Positions 12,655 through 25,888 of a DNA stretch of 64,000 bases are shown piece by piece. How positions within the stretch are numbered: position 1 is the stretch's first letter; every line of letters begins with the position of its first letter. Both the position numbers and the translations under genes were made by a program. Below the pieces are notes generated by a model. It worked only from the letters and a program-made list of their open reading frames with translations. It did no database searches and was not told where the DNA came from. This DNA comes from the human T2T-CHM13v2.0 reference genome, Homo sapiens: assembly GCF_009914755.1 (NCBI RefSeq), contig NC_060940.1; one strand, written 5' to 3'.

Positions 12655-13250
12655 GGTCATTGTAGACCCGTCTAACTGCTTTAACAAATAGAAGATATCT
12701 CAATGGCTTAACCAGACAAACATTTTGTTTTTGTCTGAATTTTATGCAAGAGATCCTGTTTAGCTGGCTCTCCTGAGTGGCTCTCCTCCAGGTGGTGACT
12801 CAGGGATTCAGACTCCTCTCATGTGGAATCTTGGATAAGACTCTTGGACCTCTATGATTCTAAACTTAAGTGTGCAAAGTAGTCACCTGGAAGTGACCCA
12901 CCACCAGAAATTCCAATTCAGTAGATGTGGGGTAGAGCAATAAATTTGCATTTTAAAAAGTTCCCAAGTGATGCTGATATTGCTGGTTCACGAACCACAC
13001 TTTGAATAGCAGCTTTCTATTTGCACCTATCTATCATTTTAGTCTGCATCCAGCTGTAAGACTAAAGAAAATGAGTTCTGAGGAGTTGCATAAGGCCTGT
13101 CCAGTACACCATCATTTTCAAACTGTATACTTGAAAAGTCTATCAAGCCTTGTCACTTCCACCTTAGAAATAAGTCCTGGGTCTCTCTGTCCCCTCTGCT
13201 ACTGCTTTGTATTCAGTCTTTCTTCTGCAAGGTGGCTAAAGGCATGTTTC
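12655..13250 (-). mobile_element. old MLT1 (J/K-like) LTR remnant interrupted by MER5A
   Basis: 'tcaatggcttaac', 'gtgactcagggattcagactcc'; heavily diverged. Confidence 0.4.
12855..13012 (-). mobile_element. MER5A (internally deleted)
   Basis: 'ttcagtagatgtggggtag...atttgcattttaaaaagttcccaagtgatgctgatattgctggt...accacactttgaatagc'. Confidence 0.75.
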
Positions 13251-13589
13251 TGAAGTGCAAACTTCATCTTGAACCTCTAAAACCTGAGAATGCCAGATGT
13301 GTCTTCTTTGGCAATAGGATGGGAGGCAGATCCTTTAGTGTGGTCCAGAACCCTACAATGCTGGTTTCACCACTCCCTCATTCACATCCTTCTCCCTTTG
13401 TACCCAATATTTCACCCACAACACATTCCCCAAACCTATAGACCTCTGAAAGCACTTGTTACTTTTGCCCTCATTGCTTTCTCTTACCTGGCAACCTATC
13501 TGCCTCGTAGAGTCTTAATCTTTTTCTAAATCTAAACCCAAAGAAATATAAATGGCTGGTGTACATTATACACTCAGGAGAAGACCAAT

Positions 13590-14290
13590 TAAAATATAAG
13601 GCCCATGCGTTCTATTAAAAAATCATTAAATTTTTTCACCTGTGAGATGGGGAAAATGATAATATGTGTTGGCAAGGGTATGGAAACACTGGTATTACTA
13701 TAGTCAACTGGTGAAAAGATACGTGTATAAACAGTTACTTGGGGTGGAGGTAAGGAGGAAAGTTATTGTATATTTAATGACTCAACAAATGCATACTCAT
13801 ATATCTCATGCATTGAACACTTATTTACAAGAAGACAGGAGCAAGATGTTTACTATAGTGCTGTTTATAATATGAACAATCAAAATTATATAAATGTCAT
13901 CAATAGAACAGCTATACAAATTATGGACCCACTGTCAATGAACTACTCTGCAGGAGATGAGAAGACAGGCAATTCATTATACTCACCTGGAGAGCCTCTG
14001 GGCATATTGGCGAAAAACAAAATGCAAGTTCAATGCTGATAGATACAATAATGATATGATTATGTAAATATTCACACACACGCACACACACAACATACCA
14101 TTACGATTTTTTAAAACAATAGACTCAAAGATTCACATCAGACTAATAACTGTGTTACCTATGGGGTTGGGGATTGTAGTCCTGGTGGGGGTCTTTAGGT
14201 TTATCCATATACTTTTAATTTTTTTTTAACCAGTGACATTTAATTGGTGTAATTGGTGTAATTAAAATTTAATATATTTTTTAAAAAGCT
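13590..14290 (+). mobile_element. old L1 (L1ME-like) 3' region
   Basis: 'tgtgttggcaagggtatgga', 'caagatgtttactatagtgctgtttataat...aaatgtcatcaatag'. Confidence 0.55.
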
Positions 14291-15479
14291 CAACTGTCTT
14301 TGAAGCTGTTTCTAAGTCCTGCTGGCAGAATCCACGCCTCTTGTCATCTGCATGCTCTTGATTTACTGGATGTTCCACCTTGCAATTCCCTGTTTTCTTG
14401 CCTGTCTTTTACTTGACCTTGAGCTCACTGGGGGCTGTGGCATTTTCTGCCTTCTTTTGTCACTTTGTGTGTAACGTGGTGCTTAGTACACAGAAGGTGC
14501 TTAGCATGTGTGAATCACCCAGAGGGTCTCACCAGGAACCCCTGGCTGGATCTAAGATTACACTCTGAGACCCCCGGGATTATAGCCCTCCAGAGGTATC
14601 TTATTCATTCTGAGAGGGCTGTTACAAAGTAGGTCACTCAGTTAACAATCCACAGTACCAAGGCTGATATTCAGCCTGTTAGGACCAACACAGTTGTTCC
14701 CCTTGCTAAAATACTTAAAGACTTCTGTGCAGATGAAAGGGGTCCCTGTGTCCCACCCCTCTGCTGATATGGCTTCTGCCAGATAGGCAGTCCATCAACT
14801 AAAGAGTTAAGAGCTGGCCCAGCAGGGAGCATCCAAAACTTTTCTTCAGAGCTGTGCTCATGGTGGTGACCATTCTCACTGTTTGCCATGTGTTGTGAGG
14901 GTCACCCTGAGCAGTACTAATAGGCAACAACATTATTAATTTCTTTGTACCCGGATGTTACGTCCTTCAATACTCATCATCCTGTGGAAGACTGAGGACC
15001 ACAATCATCACTCATGAACCAGGGTGCTCCAGGGCAGAGCTGGGACTCTATCCAAGTTCTGTCTAAACCTAGAACCCCTATCTTACCATGAGCTCTGCTG
15101 CCATTGGTAAAAGCCATTGGCCCTCGGACCCCCTTGATTGGAACCACAGATTTGCTATGTCAGCACATGACACTCCAGCCCTGCAAGAAAACACCCCTCT
15201 GCCAGTCACCTTTGATCTCTGCCTCACTCAGCCACATGCTCTCTTCTCACGTGAGCCCAGCCTTCCCCGCTCCCTCCATAAGAGTGTTCTTTCTGCAGAC
15301 CCATTCCTTCCCCTCCCAAGGGTTCACTGTGTCTCCATGTGCACAAGGAGCCCTCTGGTTGCACGGTTCTGTGTAACAAGTTAAGCAAAAATCCCTTAGG
15401 ATGTTACAGAGCCTCTGGAGTACTTAATAAGACGCTGCATCTGCCCACTGCAGGGAATTGAAAGTTCAGGTGTTTCTCC

Positions 15480-16330
15480 TTCGTGCCGTTTCGTGTACAC
15501 AACATGGGAATGAAGAAAAACAGATAAATGTTATTTATCCAGAAGACACTTTAATCAAATTCTACAAAAAGGGAAAGAAAAAGTTTTATTAATATAGTCA
15601 GTATCCCAGAAATGACAAGTGACATTTGTAATTGAAGCTAAATGCTTCAGGATTCTGAGTGTGTTGGGGAAGGCAGCTTTGGGGGTGACAGGCATTGGTT
15701 ATGACAATGCAGTACACCAGTTTGGGAGAACAGATTTCCGCTTTTGTATCAGCCCACTGCCTAGACAGGAGGTGCCTCACGTTCCCCTTAATCATGCATC
15801 AGGCTGAGTGACATCTGAAATGGTAATAATTTCCCTACGAATTGCAGCTGCCCCTCTGTGCGCATTCCCCATCAGATTGCCTTTACCCACAGCAAGCAGC
15901 AGCTAAATTTAATGCAAAAACCGTCAGCAACAGGACCGCAATTAATCCAGGAGGGAAATGAATATTTCTCTGTTGAAGAATATATTTGAGGAAAAAAAAT
16001 CACATAGGAGATGCTTTTTTTCCCAAAAGGAAGATATTAGTTTAGAATCCGTATAGAAACACATCTCTATGTTTCCCTGCCAGATAAGCAAGAGTTTTTC
16101 CCTCCCGACCAACCTGCACCCCAGCCCCCGAATCCTGATTATTCTCCATTGCGGTGGCTTAAAAACAAATCTACATCTGAATCCCACATCAGACCATTCG
16201 AATTTGATGGAGAGTAGTGGGATGCAGTGGACGTTGATACTGTTTTTTTCTCAAGTATTCCATTCAGTAGCAATGAAAATGAGAATCTTGGTAGATCTGT
16301 GCAGCATCTTAGCAATACCTCCCCAAATTT
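15480..16330. promoter_or_regulatory. candidate conserved enhancer-like block
   Basis: Repeat-free, retains CpGs, several TGACA (TALE-type), TAATCC and TAAT cores, a CAGATAA site; inference. Confidence 0.35.
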
Positions 16331-16757
16331 CCTAGCAATGTCAGAAATTTTAAACTTTCTATTTGAACACCAGACATGTGACATTTGCTGAAAAGAAAAC
16401 CCTCCTCTTTTAACTACTATTTAATATATTAACTTCCTGTCTTGGAACTCTGTTCCGCGGATTTGTGATGTTGTCTACTTGTTTATTTTTATTATTTTTC
16501 CATCTCCAGATGCAAACTCCTCCTTGAGAGATTAAACTTGACGTTGTTTGCTGTTACTCAGAGTCTAAAAAGGAGAATGACAGTAATAACCAAGAAAAAC
16601 AAGGGGACTTTAAAGAATCACTGGGCCGAGAGAGAGAAAAGGAAATACAGGAGAATGTAACTCACTGCGAGGCAGAAGGAGTGAGGAATTAGTAGATGGA
16701 GCAGAAAAGAATGTAAAAGCATCTGTGCCAATTGAATGATTTGTACAAAATGTAGAG

Positions 16758-16940
16758 TGCCTGCCACTCAAAGAGTGGTCTGGGGACCTGCAGCAGCAGG
16801 CTCTGGAAGCTTGCTAGAAATGCAGAGTCTTGGGCCCCATTCCAGGCCTACTGAATAAATCTGCATTCGCAATTTGCAGGCTACATTTTCACAGGATGCC
16901 CAGTGATACTTACACATGGTGAAGCTTGTAAAACAGCTGG
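16758..16940 (+). mobile_element. MER5A
   Basis: 'ctcaaagagtggtctggggacctgcagcagc...gcttgctagaaatgcagagtcttgggccccattccaggcctactgaat'. Confidence 0.8.
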
Positions 16941-17339
16941 CTGGGGCCTCTAGCACACCAGTGAGTAGTCCGTAAGAGGTAGGCGGGACGTGCACCGCGA
17001 AGGGGACTAAGGCCTTTTTCCTCCCTTCTCTTCCATTCCTTGTCAGCTGGCTACAAATACGTAGATGGAATTTGCAAGTCACTCGGCTGCTTCCGTGTCA
17101 TTATAATGATTTCTGAAGATCCACCATAGCTTTGTCCATTGGGTTTCTTTTTCTCCACCAAATGTTGGTTGAATTGATGCAGAGGCACAGCTATCATGGT
17201 AGACAGTATAGCTTCTGTCTCTGGGGGAGGATGCTCAGGAGCCAAAATCAAGCATCGTAAAGGGGATACTCATTGAGGGGATTAATTTCAATTCTATGCA
17301 AACCCATTTCGTGGGGGTGTAAGGATTGTGAAAAGATTT

Positions 17340-17560
17340 GATATATATTAATGACTACTGTGTCTCAAGTTAGACACTTTATATATATTTTCTTGAAACT
17401 TCAAAATAGCAATGCAATATAGATTCAGCCACTCCATTTTACAAATGAAAAAACAGAGACTCAGAGAGGCTGGGTGACCTCACCAAGGTCACATCAGTAA
17501 ACAGCAGACTGGGATCTGAACCAGGTGACCTCCTGTTTCTCTGCCAGTACCTTTCCACCA
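17340..17560 (-). mobile_element. MIR
   Basis: 'ccattttacaaatgaaaaaacagagactcagagagg...ccaaggtcaca'. Confidence 0.75.
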
Positions 17561-18189
17561 CATCTATCAACCCCTGTCATAAAAAAAAAAAAAAGTAAGC
17601 CTTTAAAGTGTACAAAAAGGTAGTGTTATTTCAGTGGCAAAGAAAGCATGTGAATGTTAACAAGATGTTTATCCTCTGCGTTAATAGATTATTAAACAAG
17701 GTTAATATTACTGTGATAGGGAGAAGAGAGCATCCATCAAAATGCCTCCAGAGGCCATGTGTAGACAATGCCAAAACATCAGGGTGGAAAGAGAGAATGC
17801 TACTTGGCGTCCACCTGTTTTGCGTAACTGATGCCAAACATATGGATAGAGGGAGGGGGCCCAGCCCAGCAAGGAGGGTGTGTGGTATGGGCTGAGTGGC
17901 AGCTCATCAGTGATGTTAAGTATACGGGAGTCTTTTCCAGGATAATGTGGCATCATTGAACCATTGGAGCAGAACTTCAGGGTCCTATTCATTCTGGGGT
18001 GTACTGGACATGATGAATTGTGATCATTTTGAATTCTCTTTTGCATTGCTCACTACTTATCACAGGAAGGTTACAAAGCTGAGCAGCTGATAGGGGATGT
18101 AACTGAAGGAAGACAGAGGAATTGATTAAACGTCTCTGCCTGTCCCAGTTAGCTCAGAGCCAACCATCAGTTGAGGGGAGTTAGGGAGT

Positions 18190-18530
18190 GAAGTCTCAGC
18201 CTTGTACCAAGAGCATGGAGCTTGAGTCAGGAGGCCCCAGCTAATGTCCAACTCAACCACTCACCATCTCTGTGATCCTAGGTGAGTTCTGCACTTCTCT
18301 AGGTTTTCACATCATACCTTGCAAGTCTGGAATCAAGGTTTTTTGTTTGTTTCTGCTTTACTTTGCATTGTTTAGTGGCAGGAGTGACTTTTAGGCCTCA
18401 ATTTCTACATCTGTGAATTGGAGATACTATTACCTATTTTGTAATGGTCTTTCTTGTGAGTGCTAATGAAAAGTGATTAGCACTGAGTACGATGCAAAAT
18501 ACGGGATTCAAAATAGCTAGCTGTTAGTAC
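18190..18530 (+). mobile_element. MIR fragments
   Basis: 'gagcatggagcttgagtcag', 'ggcctcaatttctacatctgtgaattggga'. Confidence 0.55.
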
Positions 18531-18902
18531 CATTGGACCATTTTTTATGAAAAACAACCCTTCACACTAAATTTGAAGAATGTATAATTTAAGGAGCATC
18601 CACGGCCACCACGGACAATAGTTCTTCAATGAAATTTACAGAAATGAAAGATCTGTGATCTTTGTTGTTGCTGTTAACTGATAATCTTTCTCATCAAATC
18701 CGAAAGGTTGCTATTTATTTAAATGTATTTGTGAAGGCAATTCCACCAGAAGCTGAGCTAACATAATCCCAATATGTTGACTTGCTTGGATCTTCCCAAA
18801 TAAGCAATGCTCAGGGTGTCTAAGTCAGTATTTGAAGGTAGCAAAAATGCAGATTCGTACGTCCTAGTGAGCCACTCTTTGAAAGGAGCACAGAAATCTA
18901 CA

Positions 18903-19202
<300 letters not shown>

Positions 19203-19276
19203 AAAATCTAAATTTTTAAGAAGCCCTCCAGGTGCTTCCCCAGCACATTGATGTTTGATACATACAAATCTAAATC

Positions 19277-19545
19277 AGGTTTTCCAAAAGGGTATACACA
19301 TAATGATTGAATAGAGTGTACAAAGAAAATATCAACGTTTCCATTTAAAGTTATTTTCATTTCTTCTATTTTTCATTTCTATTTTTCACATGTTTTATAA
19401 TGGCTATATTACTGTAATCAATATGTCATTTATAAACACAAACATATATGTATATATACACACACATACAATGTCTACTTACATGTACACACACACATAC
19501 TCACACATACCATGCACTCACATATTCGAAACAGTTTGCAGAGTT
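19277..19545. mobile_element. hAT-Charlie (Charlie4-like) relic with embedded (TA/CA)n
   Basis: 'caggttttccaaaagggtatacac...aagaaaatatcaacgtttccattt...tgttttataatg'; recognised from memory. Confidence 0.4.
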
Positions 19546-19894
19546 CCAATCTAGCCAGCCATGTAAGATGAGAATCAAGCATTTCTTCACATTGTTTTGG
19601 GGAGCAATAGCAAATCCTACAGGACAGAAAGCTCCAGGGAGGGCCTGAAGTCTAGGTGTTTTGCATCTTTGGCTGAAAAGAAAGCCCCATGCTGGAGAGA
19701 CCAGGAGTAGGTGGCATCAGGGAAGGCTGCTATTGATTTTATTTTGAAAGGCTGATGTATGTTCTCATTCGTATGGAGAATTCATACAGAGAACCACATG
19801 TCCTCTGCCTAACGATGGGCTACATCAAATGAGGGCCAAAACTCCAACACCTCCTTCTCTGTATAGATTCATATGTGCAAGAAAGCTAATAAGC

Positions 19895-20180
19895 TCATCA
19901 ATTCCTTTATTCAGCAAACATTCATGGATGATCTAGTGGATCTGTTACTGTTCTTAGCACTGGGGCTCAGCAGTGAGCAAAGAAGGCAAGGTCCTGGCAC
20001 TCATGACCTTACTTTCTTGTGGGGAAGCCCGGAAACAAAGTGAGCCGATACATAAATAAGAATATTGTCAGTTCGAGTGAAGATTAGGCAGAGGACTAAA
20101 ATAAGATGATGTTCCAGGGAGAAAACGGGGGAGATCACTCAGACAGTGCTGTGAGGGGGAACTTCTCTAACAGGGCAAGT
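19895..20180 (-). mobile_element. L2 3' region
   Basis: 'ttattcagcaaacatt...cactggggctcagcagtgagcaa...gtcctggcactcatg'. Confidence 0.65.
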
Positions 20181-20189
20181 TCTCGGCGT

Positions 20190-20900
20190 TTTAATTCCCA
20201 TGCATTCCTCCTCTGGAAGTTACTAGAAAATATGTGTTACAGAACATCGTGGGGAAAGGGGTGGATCAAGAAGAGAGTATGGGACTCAGGAAAAAACAGA
20301 CTCAGCACAAGAGAGGGAAGGGCACCCAGAATGGTGGTAACAGGGGATCCCCAAACCCCAGCTATGAGCCTCCAATCCAGATTGGAGCAGGTAGGAAGGC
20401 TCAAGAGGGCCATTTTGAAGAAAATAGCATTGACAAAATATCCTAGTTTTGAGATTTACACAAATGGTAGGCAGGATTGGGGGAAGAATAAGTATATGTC
20501 AAGAACTATGCAAAAAGTAATAATTATAATAACAACAAAAATTGTTGGCTTCCGAAGAAACAGATCTATAATTTTTTAAAAAAGGGTCATCATACCATAT
20601 ACTACATGACTCAGCTATGAATAAAATTTACACAATCATTACAATGCAAATATCAAGTACCCAGCTTAGTAGCAGAACAGAATAAGCATATCGGGAGTAT
20701 AGGGTTCAAGCTGTGTGACAGAGAAACTAATGGTAAAAGCTTGATTTTTCTTCTTGCACAGCTTGAAAATGTAGAAAAGAGACAACTTTTAAAACTAAAC
20801 TTGTGGTGCCCGGAACTGGACTCCTGAGGTGAATGGCCATGAGACCAGGACCCCTCTGTTCTGAATGTAGTCATTAAAGCAGTCATTAATTGGCATAAGT
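20190..20900 (+). mobile_element. HAL1 (half-L1) fragment
   Basis: 'tcccatgcattcctcctctggaagttactagaaaatatg...tccagattggagcag' resembles the HAL1 post-ORF1 region. Confidence 0.55.
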
Positions 20901-20974
20901 GTGAGTCACTGTTTCATTTCAATATCCCTAAGTCCCATGCTTATATAATTGCTACTTCCTAACTGAGCTGTGTT

Positions 20975-21056
20975 TTAAAAATGCATTGTATGCATGAATC
21001 AAAATATCACATGCACCCCATAAATATGTGTGATTATTATGTATCAAAAAAATACA
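20975..21056 (+). mobile_element. L1MA-type extreme 3' end
   Basis: 'cattgtatgcatgaatcaaaatatcacatgcaccccataaatatg...aaaaaa'. Confidence 0.65.
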
Positions 21057-22724
21057 TAAGACCATGCTACATAATATGTCCGCTAAGAAGCTTGAAAGCA
21101 CAGTGACTACCTTTTGGCAAATAAAATTGAATTTGTACTGCTTCCCATTTAATGTCCCACTATCCCTCTGCTCATGGCCACATGACCAGCTTTCCTTCTG
21201 GTTTTTAGAAGTTTGGAGAGTTTGCCTGAGACACCACAACGTCTTAATACTTAACCCTCCACTTTCTTCCTATAGAGAGCAGAATGGAGGGTTCATTCTC
21301 AAAAAAAAAAAGAGAAAGCTTTCTAGCAGGGGAATCTATCCTGGCTTAAAAAAATAAATGCTTGAATCACAAATGTTTCCATGTAGCACAAGCAATAACA
21401 TCAGCTAGGCCCATCTTTTAATTACATGGTTTGGCCATGCAAATATTCACAGACACTTTTAGTAAGGCAATGGACTTTTATTTAAAGTGTAATATTAAGA
21501 GCTTACTACAATTGCTGATCAGTGCTTCTTTTTTCTTATTTATTGCCTTCCCTTCTCTCATGTTCCAGCCTTGCCCCAACAATAAAATCCCACTTAGTAC
21601 TTATTTTTTTCAAAAAACATCATTTTTCACTATCATAGGACTGAAGAAGGAAAGAGCTTTCTTCTTCCTTTCTTCTTCTTTTTTAAGAGACTAAGGTTCT
21701 TCTCTCCTCCCAAATATTTAATCATAATTATATTAAGAAACATTTATAAAAAGTTAAGTAATAAAATTAAATAGGTTGGAGAAAAACAGAGGAGTAGACA
21801 GCAAGGATTAAGTGTAGTAATATAAAGAATAGATTATATTTAATGAAAATTTCCTCAGTGTTCAACATTTTTATTATACTTAATAGTGCTGGGCTTCATT
21901 TTTGTCTCCAGTAATTGTGTGTCCATAATGAATGGCCATTCTTATTCCCCCATTGTGCCCTGACAGAAATTAATAAACCTAATTCTGTAGGTTTAAGTTT
22001 AATTTTGTTGAAATATATAAAGTAGTTACATATTCACTTAGCAGCAAACCAAAATGCAGTGGCCTCAAGCTGCTCAGCAACTTTATAGGGAGTAAATTGT
22101 TTTTTGGCTCTTTCTCGCACGCTTCTTGCTCCTTCCCTTTCTGATTTTAGCCAGGAGGCTTGTTTGTGATATGTCCAGCTACAGAGGACATGCATGGCCA
22201 CAGAGGTGGAACAGTCAGTGGCCAGGGTGAACATTGTAAAATGTACCAGTATATGATCTAGTCCTCTTCCAAGAACAGCTGTTAATGATTGCTAAGCACT
22301 CTCTTGTTGGTTTACAGTTTGATCAAAAAAGTATATAATAAACGTGGCAGGGGATGAGCATCTTACAAGCTAGCAGTTCTCTGGTAATAAATAATGTCCA
22401 CAGCCCAGTTGCCAGAGCTCAGAAAGAATGGAACCTCCCCTTCAGGGCTTCAAGCACCCTAGGGGTGCTTCCTTGGGGTCTTAGTCTCGGGGAATTTGAA
22501 GAAATTTAAAGGAGTTATATCACATCTTTATATATCCCACATGAAGAAATAGGATCACATCTGACTGGTCCACTCATTTGTAATTGACTATAAATATCTT
22601 CTCAGAGAAAAGTCAGCTCCATCTGGTGATCATTCCTCCCTCCATCTCTCTGTCTTTTCCTCCCTCCCCCCCCTCCCTCTTTCTCTACTTTCCTCCATAC
22701 CTCCTTCCATGCCTCCCCCAATCT

Positions 22725-23300
22725 GTCCATTCATTCATTCATTCAACAAATATCTGACTCTATCACAGGTCATCAGTAGAGACAAAATGAACAACATAAA
22801 AACAATTTGATCTCAAACCTTATGGAGTTTATTGTTATGCTCTTTTTTTAAAAAAAAAAAAGGTAACTCACAAATCAACAGCAACATAATAAAATGATTC
22901 CAAGAGTTATGTGGTAAATAAGACATATAACAGAAGGAGAATTGACATGCATAAAAGGGTCAGAACTGCTTTCCTTAGAAAAGTGTAGCAGACCTGATAT
23001 CAGAGAGAAAGAAAGCACTAAGCAGGAAGAGGTAGGTGAGGTGGGGATTCAGGCACAGGGGCCCTGCCCATAAGGCAGCATGACAAACCTGAGGGTAGAA
23101 GGGGGAAGCAAATAAAAACTGAGGCTCAAAGATAGCTAGGGCACAGAGAAGAAGGAACCCCACAGATCACCTCAAGACTTTAGGGTTTATCCCAAGAATA
23201 GCAGGGAGCATCAAAGGAGGCCATCAAAAAACTCTAAGGGAGCTAGATACTTGCTCAGAGCTGCTGTTATGGGACATGAAGTATTAGGCAGAGAATGGCC
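22725..23300 (-). mobile_element. L2 3' region with (CATT)n tail
   Basis: 'cattcattcattcattcaacaaatat' followed by diverged L2 body. Confidence 0.6.
22984..23033 (+). repeat. 50-bp dispersed direct repeat, copy 1 (copy 2 at 23845-23894)
   Basis: 48/50 identical by direct comparison. Confidence 0.9.
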
Positions 23301-23844
23301 ATAAGAAAGCTCTTTTTTATCATCTTCATTTGTTTTAAAACTGAGAAAATGAAGAACCAGGAAATTTAGTCAAAGCTGGAACATAGAGTCAAGCACACTG
23401 ACTTCAGTTCCCTTACCCCTACACCTATGCTAGCTTATTTCCCTGGAGTCCTTATCAGCCCTATTGAGCAACCTCAGTGATGATTGTTCAATGTACCAGG
23501 CATGTGAATTCCTTTCTAGGGTCATATAGTTTATATCTACTGAATGCTTTCTAGTAATGCCTTCAAAACATCTTACTAATAGACTGAAAGGATGACATAA
23601 TGAGGACCGCTCTGGACACATCATACCATGATAATCCCATTTCACAGATTAGCTATGTAGAGGTAGATGTCAGGGATTTGTAGCCTCACATCCTCCATCT
23701 GATCTTCATATATTATTTCCAACTCTTAATTGTAACTTTATATACGATAATGAATTTGACTACATGGAGGCCTCAACAAGTACCAAAAGCAACCACACTG
23801 AGATTCAAAAAACTACAATTCTAGTCCCAACCCTTGCCTCAAAC

Positions 23845-23894
23845 TGTAGCAGAGCTGATATCAGAGAGAAAGAAAGCACTAAGGAGGAAGAGGT
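23845..23894 (+). repeat. 50-bp dispersed direct repeat, copy 2
   Basis: 48/50 identical to 22984-23033. Confidence 0.9.
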
Positions 23895-24119
23895 GGGGCG
23901 GTGGGGGGGGACATAACATGAAATGAAATCCTGGACATTTCCTTTAATGGGGACACAGTCTCCAGTCAGCTGGTTCCAAGGTCTGGCAATTCCAGCTCCT
24001 GAGTTTGAGAACAAGGAGTTGGCCCAGTATAGAGACCCTAGTTTCTGTCTAACAGCAAGGTTCTGTCCTTCTGATCACTGAAACCTGACAGGGTTGTGCT
24101 TGACCCATGTAATCCTAGC

Positions 24120-24350
24120 AGACATGAGAAGAGCAGCCTACAAGAGAATGCCTTGGAGCTAGATTTATTCAGCTTCAATCCCAGTTGCTGTGTGACTCGT
24201 CCATATTAACTTTTTTGGGCTTCAGTTCCTTTGTTAAGTGGAAGTCACTTATTTGTTTGGCTATGGATACTAGATTGCTATGGATATTAGAGAAAATTTA
24301 CGAAAACATGTGGCTTTATCCTTAATTTGAGCAGATACTCAATGAACACT
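24120..24350 (+). mobile_element. MIR
   Basis: 'gccttggagctagat...ttcaatcccag...tgtgtgact...ggcttcagttcc'. Confidence 0.55.
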
Positions 24351-25122
24351 ATATTCTTCTCTCTTCTTCATCCTTTCACTCTTCCTTCCTCCTGTTCTTT
24401 TTTGCTCTCCTTGCCTTCTTTGCATTCGTTTCTTATATTTCTGTATCTCCTTCCTTCTAGGAAATAATTGCAATAGTTCTTGAGAGTTCACCACCATACT
24501 CTCCTTTATGGGGCAGTCTGTTACTCTATTTTATGAATTCCATTTCTTTGTCGAAATAAAAACAGGAGCTTCTGATCACAGGTATAATTCCAGTAGCAGG
24601 TGCAGCTGAGAGCCTTCTCAATCACGATACCTTCAGGGTTCTGTATTGATCTGATTCTACTTTGAGAATTCAATTAGAAGGGGGAATATTGTGGGCATGA
24701 AGAGAGCTCCTGAATGACACCTACAAAAATAGAAGGGGAAGAGTGTGACCGGTGGAAGGAGGGGACACAAAGGCGAGGACATCCTGCGCTCTGAGACCCA
24801 CCAGGATTTATCTCTGGTCAAGCTGAATCAAGAACACTGGAATCTGCTTACAGCCCAACAGATTTAAGCTACTACTGTGCTTTCCAAGGTTATTAAGTTC
24901 AAGTACGTGGAGTATGTGTATTGGAGAAACGTGCCGTTGGTAAGAACAGATTAACCTGAGAGTATTCCACTGGCCCTGCCCTCCCTCACTCCTCCCTGAA
25001 CCCTGGCCTCTCCCCTAGGACCCTGTCACTGCCAAGCCACAGGATCATTGCTCACACACATACTGCTTTGCCTTTTGAACGACCTGCTCCCCATATACAC
25101 ATGGCAATGAAAGACCGTCTTC

Positions 25123-25184
25123 TGATAAGCAGAGCAATTAACAGCCTGGTTATCAGTGGCTATCAGTTCCCCTCTTTCCTATCA
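25123..25184. promoter_or_regulatory. cluster of four WGATAR (GATA-factor) sites
   Basis: TGATAA 25123-25128, TTATCA 25150-25155, CTATCA 25160-25165, CTATCA 25179-25184. Confidence 0.4.
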
Positions 25185-25544
25185 ACACTGTAAAAAAAAA
25201 ATCTAAGTTTTCAAAAGTCAGCAGCCCCTCTTCCTGAGTGGAGGACAGTCATTGTAATGAGTGATTGAGTTTGGCATCCTCTCTTGTCAGCGAGATTTTT
25301 TTTTCCTAGAAGTATGTGAAGAAAAACATCTAGAAAATGCTTTTGTTTGTGGGTTTGGACTGGAGAATGGCTCTTATCTGTTTAGGCAGAGAGAGCCTTG
25401 GGTGTTGCTTCTGCCTAGGAAAAGCATCCCTACAATGATAAAAGCCAAGGAATTAATAGTAAACAGACAACATTCCCCAAAACACTGGTGTGTATACATG
25501 TGAGATAGACACAATGTTATAAATTGAGATACTTAAGCAGACCA

Positions 25545-25888
25545 TCCTTTATATCCAGTGATCAATCTATTTCATCCATTCATCTAACCACCCATCCATC
25601 CATTTTTCCATCCATTCATCTATCCAGCTGTCTATCCATTTGTCCATTTATCTATCAATCCATTTCATCCATACTTCCACCCATCCATCCATTCATTCAT
25701 CAGTCCATCCATTCATTTCTCCATCCATTCATCTATCCATCTGTCTTTCCATCCCCGGCCTCCTCATCCATTCATCCACCCGTTCATTAACCTATCCTTC
25801 CATTTTATTCATCCTTCCATCCATACATTTATCCATCCATCATTCCATCCATCCATTCACCTATTCATCCATCCACCCATCCATCCAC
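25545..25888. repeat. degenerate (TCCA)n tetranucleotide array
   Basis: ~340 bp of tcca/tcta/ttca units abutting a minus-strand L2 tail. Confidence 0.9.

Noticed and set aside
18607-18618. CACCACGGACA, resembling the REST/RE1 core
   Set aside because: Both flanks (TTCAG and GCGCC) mismatch; insufficient for an RE1 call
20106-20579. 157-aa ORF
   Set aside because: Spans an L2/HAL1 junction of decayed repeats; no conserved coding signal
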